Shown here one piece after another: positions 56,201-64,000 of a stretch of DNA of 64,000 nucleotides. A program made the translations under genes and the position numbers. The stretch lies in NCBI GenBank assembly GCA_027923505.1, contig BROI01000013.1, forward strand, positions 496,001-560,000, read 5' to 3'. Numbering within the stretch: position 1 is the stretch's first letter; each line of letters opens with the position of its first letter. Under the pieces are notes generated by a model, which searched no databases, was not told the origin of the DNA, and was given only the letters and a program-made list of their open reading frames with translations. This stretch comes from Mayamaea pseudoterrestris (taxonomy: Eukaryota).

Positions 56201-59200
56201 TTGAATGTCACGGCATCTGCGGGCTGAGACTGGTGACAAGTTGTCACCAAATACATTGCCATCCCCTGAGACACCAGCCAAGCCTACCATCTTGTAGCGC
56301 AGCCTGAATAATGATGTTGGCACCATTTTGGTGTATTTTGGGCACCTACAGGGCTTGCTGTAGGGGCGTTTGAATGTCATGGCATCTGCGGGCTGAGACT
56401 GGTGACAAGTTGTCACCAAATACATTGCCATCCCCTGAGACACCAGCCAAGCCTACCATCTTGTAGCGCAGCCTGAATAATGAGGTTGGCACCATTCTGG
56501 TGTATTTTGGGCACCTACAGGGCTTGCTGTAGGGGCGTTTGAATGTCACGGCATCTGCGGGCTGAGACTGGTGACAAGTTGTCACCAAATACATTGCCAT
56601 CCCCTGAGACACCAACCAAGCCTACCATCTTGTAGCGCAGCCTGAATAATGAGGTTGGCACCATTCTAGTGTATTTCGGGCACCTACAGGGCTTGCTGTA
56701 GGGGCGTTTGAATGTCACGGCATCTGCGGGCTGAGACTGGTGACAAGTTGTCACCAAATACATTGCCATCCCCTGAGACACCAGCCAAGCCTACCATCTT
56801 GTAGCGCTGCCTGAATAATGACGTTGGCAAAATTCTGGTGTATTTTGGGCACCTACAGGGCTTGCTGTAGGGGCGTTTGAATGTCACGGCATCTGCGGGC
56901 TGAGACTGGTGACAAGTTGTCACCAAATACATTGCCATCCCCTGAGACACCAGCCAAGCCTACCATCTTGTAGCGCAGCCTGAATAATGAGGTTGGCACC
57001 ATTCTGGTGTGGTGTATTTTGGGCACCTACAGGGCTTGCTGTAGGGGCGTTTGAATGTCACGGCATCTGCGGGCTGAGACTGGTGACAAGTTGTCACCAA
57101 ATACATTGCCATCCCCTGAGACACCAGCCAAGCCTACCATCTTGTAGCGCAGCCTGAATAATGACGTTGGCACCATTCTGGTGTATTTTGGGCACCTACA
57201 GGGCCTGCTGTAGGGGCGTTTGAATGTCACGGCATCTGCAGGCTGAGACTGGTGACAAGTTGTCACCAAATACATTGCCATCCCCTGAGACACCAGCCAA
57301 GCCTACCATCTTGTAGCGCTGCCTGAATAATGAGGTTGGCACCATTCTGGTGTGGTGTATTTTGGGCACCTACAGGGCTTGCTGTAGGGGCGTTTGAATG
57401 TCACGGCATCTGCGGGCTGAGACTGGTGACAAGTTGTCACCAAATACATTGCCATCCCCTGAGACACCAGCCAAGCCTACCATCTTGTAGCGCAGCCTGA
57501 AAAATGACGTTGGCACCATTCTGGTGTATTTTTGGATGCCTATAGGGCTTGCTGTAGGTGCGTTGAATGTAACGGCATCTGCGGGCTGAGACTGGTGACA
57601 AGTTGTCACCAAATACATTGCCATCCCCTGAGACACCAGCCAAGCCTACCATCTTGTAGCGCAGCCTGAATAATGAGGTTGGCACCATTCTGGTGTATTT
57701 TGGGCACCTACAGGGCTTGCTGTAGGGGCGTTTGAATGTCACGGCATCTGCGGGCTGAGACTGGTGACAAGTTGTCACCAAATACATTGCCATCCCCTGA
57801 GACACCAGCCAAGCCTACCATCTTGTAGCGCAGCCTGAATAATGACGTTGGCACCATTCTGGTGTATTTTGGGCACCTACAGGGCTTGCTGTAGGGGCGT
57901 TGAATGTCACGGCATCTGCGGGCTGAGACTGGTGACAAGTTGTCACCAAATACATTGCCATCCCCTGAGACACCAGCCAAGCCTACCATCTTGTAGCGCT
58001 GCCTGAATAATGAGGTTGGCACCATTCTGGTGTGGTGTATTTTGGGCACCTACAGGGCTTGCTGTAGGGGCGTTTGAATGTCACGGCATCTGCGGGCTGA
58101 GACTGGTGACAAGTTGTCACCAAATACATTGCCATCCCCTGAGACACCAGCCAAGCCTACCATCTTGTAGCGCAGCCTGAATAATGATGCTGGCACCATT
58201 CTGGTGTATTTTGGGCACCCACAGGGCTTGCTGTAGGGGCGTTTGAATGTCACGGCATCTGCGGGCTGAGACTGGTGACAAGTTGTCACCAAATACATTG
58301 CCATCCCCTGAGACACCAGCCAAGCCTACCATCTTGTAGCGCAGCCTGAATAATGACGTTGGCACCATTCTAGTGTATTTCGGGCACCTACAGGGCTTGC
58401 TGTAGGAGCATTGAATGTCACGGCATCTGCGGGCTGAGACTGGTGACAAGTTGTCACCAAATACATTGCCATCCCCTGAGACACCAGCCAACCTACCATC
58501 TTGTACGCACCTGAACAATGGTTGGCACCATTCTGGTGTATTTTGGGCACCTACAGGCTTGCTGTAGGGGCGTTTGAATGTCACAGCACCTGCGGGCTGA
58601 GACTGGTGACAATTGTCACCAAATACATTGCCATCCCCTGAGACACCAACCAAACCTACCACCTTGTAGCTCCTGCGAATAATGACGTTGGCACCATTCT
58701 GGTGTATTTTGGGCACCTACAGGCTTGCTGTGGTTTGACTATCTCACGACATCTGCGGGCTGAGACTGGTGACAAGTTGTCACCAAAACATTGCCATCCC
58801 CTGAGACACCACCAAGCCTACCATCTTGTAGCGCACCTGAATAATGATGCTGGCACCATTCTGTGTATTTTGCCACGGGCTGAGACTGAGGGTGACAAGT
58901 TGTCACCAAATACATTGCCATCCCCTGAGACACCAGCCAAGCCCCTCTTGTGGCGCGACAATGGTTACACCATTCTGTGTATTTTGGGCACCTACACTTG
59001 CTGTAGGGGCATTTGACCGGCATCGCGGGCTGAGACTTACAAGTTGTCACCAATTGCCATCCCCGAGAAACCAGCCAAGCCAACCATCTTGTAGCGCAGC
59101 CTGAATAATAATGTTGGCACCATTGGTGTATTTTGGGCACCTACAGGGCTTGCTGTAGGGGCGTTTGAATGTCTCAGCATCTGCGGCTGAGACTGTGACA

Positions 59201-60200
59201 ATTGTCACCAAATACATTCCATCCCCGAGACACCCCAAGCCTTCCTTACGCACCTGAAAATACGTTCATTCTGGTATTTTGGGCACCCGGCTTGCTGTTG
59301 GCGTTTGAATCATGGCATCTGCGGGCTGAGACTGGTGACAAGTTGTCACCAAATACTTGCCATCCCCTGAGACACCAGCCAACCACTTGTAGCGCTGCCT
59401 GAATAAGGACGTTGGCACCATTCTGTTTTTTGAGGCACCTACGGGCTTGCTGTAGGGGCGTTTGAATGTCACGGCATCTGCGGGCTGAGACTGGTGACAA
59501 GTTGTCACCAAATACATTGCCATCCCCTGAGACACCAACCAAGGCTGCCATCTTTAGCAGCCTGAATAATGGGTTGGCACCATTCTGGTGTATTTTGGGC
59601 ACCTACAGCTTGCTGTAGGGCGTTTGAATGTACGGCATCTGCAGGTGAGACTTACAATTGTCACCAAATACTTCCCGAACACCACCAACCTACCTCTTGT
59701 AGCGCAGCCTGAATAATGATGTTAACAATTCTGGTGTATTTTGAGCACCTAAGGGCTTGCGTAGGGGCATTTGGTGTGGCATCTGCGGGCTGAGACTGGT
59801 GACATTGTCCAAATACCCCCCTGAGACACCACCAACCTCCTTCCTGGACCTTGTGCTCAGCCCTGGCACATTTGGTTATTTGGGCACCTACAGCTTGCTG
59901 TAGGGGGTTTGATTCATGGCATCTGCGGCTGAGACTGGTGACAAGTTGTCACCAAATACATTGCCATCCCCTGAGACAAGCCAAACCTACCATCTTGTAG
60001 CGTACCTGAATAATATGGCTTGCACCTACAGGGCTTGCTGTAGGGGCGTTTGATTCACACATCTGCGCTGACTTTTTGTATTTGGGGCCCCGGGCTTGCT
60101 GTAGGGGCGTTTGAATTCAACGACATCTGCGGGCTGAGACCATTCACCAAATACATTGCCATCCCCTGAGACACCAACCAAACCTAGTCTTGCACCTTCA
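44223..60200 (+). repeat. Satellite DNA array: ~94 head-to-tail 169-bp monomers (subfamily B)
   Basis: Period is 169 (e.g. palindrome at 44246 and 44415). Typical monomer: CACGGCATCTGCGGGCTGAGACTGGTGACAAGTTGTCACCAAATACATTGCCATCCCCTGAGACACCAGCCAAGCCTACCATCTTGTAGCGCAGCCTGAATAATGATGTTGGCACCATTCTGGTGTATTTTGGGCACCTACAGGGCTTGCTGTAGGGGCGTTTGAATGT (88/169 GC by hand count). Confidence 0.99.
50237..58872 (+). repeat. Apparently exact 4318-bp tandem duplication inside the satellite (50237-54554 = 54555-58872)
   Basis: Rare variants and ORF-track entries recur at +4318 (e.g. 50278/54596, 51014/55332, 53799/58117). The junction ...GTATTTTG|GTCACC at 54554/54555 breaks monomer phase. Confidence 0.93.
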
Positions 60201-63200
60201 CTAATGAACGCCCGCAAACCAACTATAACAACACGCGAAATCCACCATCATTCAAATGCTACCTTTGCCATCAACCGTATCATCGAAGCGCCGACTGCTT
60301 TGAACGAGTCGAAAACGCCCACCGTCGTCCTCGAGGATGGAACACTCGCTTGTCAATAGAAGCTCGTCGTCAATTGGAAGATGAAGAAGCACGAGAGCAA
60401 CAAGAGCGTGGTTTAGAACGACCAAGAGAGCGTCCTCGCAATTCAAATCGACAGCAAGATCGTCGTCTTCCACAAGATGATCAGCAAGAAGACCGTTGTT
60501 ATCGACAGAATCGCAACAACGAGCGCGCAAGAGACCAACCAAGAAACAATGATTATCGTCGCCGAGATCAACAAGAGCAACCGCGTCAACTTGATCATCA
60601 AAACCATCGTCAAGAGCCTCATCCGCGAACCATCATGCGTGAACAAGTGCCCCGTCAAGCGCCATTACTACTTGAACAAGGACTTGCAGCAGTACACGAA
60701 GCCCTTCAGTTGACTCAGCGATCGCATCGTTCCTCTTCGCAACGTTCCTCTTCAAGCCGCCGGTATCCTTCTACAAACTCAAGGAGCGAATTTGCCTTCA
60801 TACATGCCGACTTAGTTGATGAAACTTATCCAGCACTCCCTACTCGCACTCCTGCAGCTCCAACACCGTCGCCTTTATATCCACAAACCAATTGGCGCGG
60901 TCTACAGCCACATCAGATTAAAGACTATTCATCGGAAGACGATTCATCAATCGAGCAGCCTCCAGCACCACCAACAACTCGAACAAAACGCGCAAGACCA
61001 ATGTCAAGCTCCACCAACAAGAAGCAAGCCGTCGAATTGGTGCCTTTAACAAAGTCGTCCACAACGAGTGAGTCACCAAAGCCAAAGCCAAATCTTCCAT
61101 CGTCAAATCTCAATGGACGCAGTTGGGCATCCATATGCGGCGACCCAAGCACAAGTGATGAAGAAGAAAGCGACTTTGAAGATGAATTTGTCAACAGCAA
61201 GACTCCAACCGAGCAAGAACGGAAACACTTCAGCACTTTAATTCAAAACATTGAAACACTTGAGCAAACGAAGCAAGAAGACAGGAAGGGTCAACCATTC
61301 AACGAACAAGACGAGCCCAGTAAACCAGAGCAACAAGGGATCTCATCAATTGAAGAGCAAGCAAACAACCTCAACGACTCCTACCACGTCTACGACGCTA
61401 CACAAAGCACCAATAACGTCACAACTAGCAGCAACACAATTGAAACCACCAATCTCGAACCAACAGCCACAAACGCCAACGAATGCGATACACATGAGCG
61501 CACCGACAACGTCACTACTAGCAGCACCGACAAAGATTCAACTCCAACAACAAGTCCTCCAATCGAATTGAAAGAAGAAGAAAGTGTAGAAGAGCTGGTA
61601 GCGACAAGCTTTGCGCAATGGCGAGGAGACTGGCTACCCAAAGACTTCCTTACAGCAGACGAGCTAAAAGAAGTCGAAAAATTGTATCCAACCTTTGCTC
61701 CAAGAATTCCAAACAACATTCCGCCACAAGCCAACTCGAGTGATCTACCGCCATTCCACGTTTTGCAAAGCGTCCTGTTCATCAATCCTCCACTGTACGA
61801 GCTATCAGACGCCATAAAAGTGATGTTTGCAGATCTACAAGAGTTCTTTCTTGAGCACATAGCCATGCCACACGCCTTTACGCATCAAGAAGCAATTGAC
61901 TCAACGCGAGACCGCTACTACCAATACACTGGTCTTCGAGTCTGGAATACAGAGCGAGTCGAAATCATCATGAGCAATCCTGGCGACGAAGAAACCAATT
62001 CAGACGACGCAACTTACGATTCTGATGCATACCCAAGCAGTCAAAGTTACGGATCAGACTCCTTCACTTACGAAGGCTATCAAGCTTTTCTTCAAGCATG
62101 GGATCACCGCAATCAAGCGCCTGAGCATGTCGTTTCTCGAGCGCGCTACGAAACCACCATCCAGCAAATAAAGAAAGATGAGCAAGACATCGAGACAAAC
62201 CCTGCAAGCGCCGCACGACTGTGCATGCTAGAACGTTTCAGCCAAAGGCGTTTCCTCAAGGATCTCATCTTCTGGTTCAAAGAAATCAATGAAGAAGACG
62301 AAGAAGCACTGTTTGACGAACGTTTAAAGGTTGTCATCGATCATGCAATTGCCAAGGAAGTCAAAAGACGAGCACTCGAAGGAACATTGCGAACGCGCAG
62401 CATACTAGAAGAAGACCTCTGCAACGTCGGCTTGGAATTCAGCAAAGACTTAACGACTTTCAACTACCTCGACCAATTTCCAGAAAGCGAGAGAGAAGCA
62501 GAACGACAGGAACTACTAGACCTTCTTGCAGAACGCGAGGCAAGAGACGCACGCGAAGCAGCAGAGCAGCGCGCACGCAGATACCAGCCTCCAGCTCGCA
62601 ATTCAAATCAACTGCAACATGAAAGCCCAAATCCATTCAATGCATTGAGATACAACGTAAGCGCCAATGCCTACGCGGTTCGAAGAAACAACAACAACAA
62701 CAACGAATTCGCCCTTGCAACTATCCATGAATCCATTACGTGTCCAACCAACTTGGATATACTGAAGCATCCCGAAATCTTCATTGGCGATACTGCAGCA
62801 ACCGTCGACTGCACACCTCATCCAGAAGGCCTATTCGATGCCCGCCAGATAAGGAACGAAGGCATTACAATGGGAAATCAAACAGTTGCAGACATTCAAA
62901 CCATGGCAAAACTACGAGTCGACGCATGCGATCGATTTGGCAATCCTCTCTATCAAGGAGTCCTCAACAACATTGCTTACGCGCCCGACTGCGCCTTCAA
63001 TCTGTTCAGCATCACTCAACGTTTAGCGACAGGATGGAACCTCCGCAGCGGCAACAAGAAGATTTGGTTGGAGAAAGAAAACCAACACTCCATCGTCTTT
63101 GATTTGCTGATTCTTACCAAGCGAGGTCATCTTTACTGCATGTACTTGAGACGAGTCATTCCAATGCCATTAGTTCAAGCGCCTCGTAACGAGTTCGCCA

Positions 63201-64000
63201 TGATTGCAGCCAACTTGCTTCCGACACGCCGTCTCTCCTACAAACAAATGCACGAACTGTGCGGACACCAAAGCCCCCAAATGACACTCGCAATTGCCAA
63301 GCACTTCAAATGGGAAATACATGGATCGTCCAAGAACAAGTGTGTTGCCTGCGCAATAGGAAAAGCCAAGAAACAACCGGTTCCTCAAATATCGCCGCGC
63401 ATCCGAGCCACAGAGCCAGGCGAGCGACTCTACATGGACCTTTCTTCATTCAGAGTCATGAAGAGCAAATCAGAACTTGGATTCTCCTCCATTCAACCGC
63501 AATGGCAACTCATCGTCGACGAAGCGACGGGCTACAAACATAGTGCCATGTACCGCACCAAAGGGGAAATCGTCGAGCCGACATGCCAGATGCTCTACTA
63601 TCTCATCCAACGCGGCATTACAGTCAAATACCTTCGAATGGACAACGCCGGAGAGAACCAAGCATTAGCCAAGTCAATGAAGAGCTCCGCTTGGAAATTG
63701 CCGATCGAGATCGAATGGACTGCAAGAGACACCCCGCAGCAGAACAGTCTTGTCGAGATTGGATTCCCGACGCTTACCAACCGCACGCGCGCCATATTCA
63801 CAGCCCAAAACATTCCACCTTCAATTCGGTTTCATTTGGCACCATCTGCCTTCGAATACTCAACTGACATGGACAATCTTGCTATCGTCGAGCACAAGGG
63901 CACTCTAGCAACAACCACATCGCCAACGACGACACACATCGAGCGCACCGCAGTCACGGGCCGATATCCGGATTAAAGTCTCACAAAAGTTCCAAGGCAT
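60200..64000 (+). mobile_element. Ty1/Copia LTR retrotransposon fragment (CoDi-like), internal coding region without a visible 5' LTR
   Basis: Protease, GAG-pre-integrase and integrase occur in Copia order; strong A/C strand bias; the element directly abuts the satellite. Confidence 0.88.
60350..63976 (+). CDS. Copia-type polyprotein fragment: low-complexity N-terminal region, aspartic protease, zinc-binding HHCC motif and integrase core; no RT/RNase H in the ORF
   Basis: Protease FIGDTAATVDCT and FNLFSIT; HELCGH...CVAC; integrase D-D-E in LYMDLS, IVDEATGY, LRMDNAGEN and TPQQNSLVE. It starts at a non-ATG codon and stops soon after the integrase core. Confidence 0.85.
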   Translation: MSIEARRQLEDEEAREQQERGLERPRERPRNSNRQQDRRLPQDDQQEDRCYRQNRNNERARDQPRNNDYRRRDQQEQPRQLDHQNHRQEPHPRTIMREQVPRQAPLLLEQGLAAVHEALQLTQRSHRSSSQRSSSSRRYPSTNSRSEFAFIHADLVDETYPALPTRTPAAPTPSPLYPQTNWRGLQPHQIKDYSSEDDSSIEQPPAPPTTRTKRARPMSSSTNKKQAVELVPLTKSSTTSESPKPKPNLPSSNLNGRSWASICGDPSTSDEEESDFEDEFVNSKTPTEQERKHFSTLIQNIETLEQTKQEDRKGQPFNEQDEPSKPEQQGISSIEEQANNLNDSYHVYDATQSTNNVTTSSNTIETTNLEPTATNANECDTHERTDNVTTSSTDKDSTPTTSPPIELKEEESVEELVATSFAQWRGDWLPKDFLTADELKEVEKLYPTFAPRIPNNIPPQANSSDLPPFHVLQSVLFINPPLYELSDAIKVMFADLQEFFLEHIAMPHAFTHQEAIDSTRDRYYQYTGLRVWNTERVEIIMSNPGDEETNSDDATYDSDAYPSSQSYGSDSFTYEGYQAFLQAWDHRNQAPEHVVSRARYETTIQQIKKDEQDIETNPASAARLCMLERFSQRRFLKDLIFWFKEINEEDEEALFDERLKVVIDHAIAKEVKRRALEGTLRTRSILEEDLCNVGLEFSKDLTTFNYLDQFPESEREAERQELLDLLAEREARDAREAAEQRARRYQPPARNSNQLQHESPNPFNALRYNVSANAYAVRRNNNNNNEFALATIHESITCPTNLDILKHPEIFIGDTAATVDCTPHPEGLFDARQIRNEGITMGNQTVADIQTMAKLRVDACDRFGNPLYQGVLNNIAYAPDCAFNLFSITQRLATGWNLRSGNKKIWLEKENQHSIVFDLLILTKRGHLYCMYLRRVIPMPLVQAPRNEFAMIAANLLPTRRLSYKQMHELCGHQSPQMTLAIAKHFKWEIHGSSKNKCVACAIGKAKKQPVPQISPRIRATEPGERLYMDLSSFRVMKSKSELGFSSIQPQWQLIVDEATGYKHSAMYRTKGEIVEPTCQMLYYLIQRGITVKYLRMDNAGENQALAKSMKSSAWKLPIEIEWTARDTPQQNSLVEIGFPTLTNRTRAIFTAQNIPPSIRFHLAPSAFEYSTDMDNLAIVEHKGTLATTTSPTTTHIERTAVTGRYPD

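Noticed and set aside
44207..59602. Dozens of 88-aa ORFs (MSQGMAMYLVTTCHQ...) as a tandem gene family
   Set aside because: They are a by-product of a 169-bp (non-3n) repeat. They overlap each other, mostly use non-ATG starts and are freely frameshifted by indels.
44223..60200. CRISPR array (regularly spaced palindromic repeats)
   Set aside because: The sequence between palindromes is near-identical in every unit, so there are no unique spacers. No cas genes are present and the context is eukaryotic.

Overview
Compact eukaryotic nuclear DNA, most likely from a diatom. The clues are short GT-AG introns, bipartite plastid presequences, a DUF6824-type protein and a CoDi-like Copia element; the species cannot be determined. 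Bases 1-43.5 kb are gene-dense, with about 19 genes: HMG-box, PGAM, LRR-HlyIII fusion, a secreted Cys-rich GPI-like protein, PSF1, plastid FKBP, SEC8, DUF6824/polyQ, lipoate ligase, KICS2-like, ICln, ALG5, LMBR1-like, Rost-like, a PLU-1/PHD chromatin protein, VOC/glyoxalase, CNNM, UTP10 and one hypothetical. From 44.2 to 60.2 kb lies a ~16 kb tandem array of a 169-bp, ~52% GC satellite (about 94 monomers). Each monomer carries three dyad symmetries, including the perfect palindrome TGGTGACAA-G-TTGTCACCA. A second subfamily of this satellite brackets the 40-kb gene block in inverted orientation (2.4-3.3 kb and 43.6-44.2 kb). One old monomer keeps the palindrome through a compensatory double change. 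The array ends directly in a truncated Ty1/Copia gag-pol-like ORF. The best candidate for a new system is a nucleosome-sized, palindrome-bearing satellite domain that may be centromeric or pericentromeric. A 4318-bp tandem duplication and deletion-ridden monomers warn that part of the array may be an assembly artefact.
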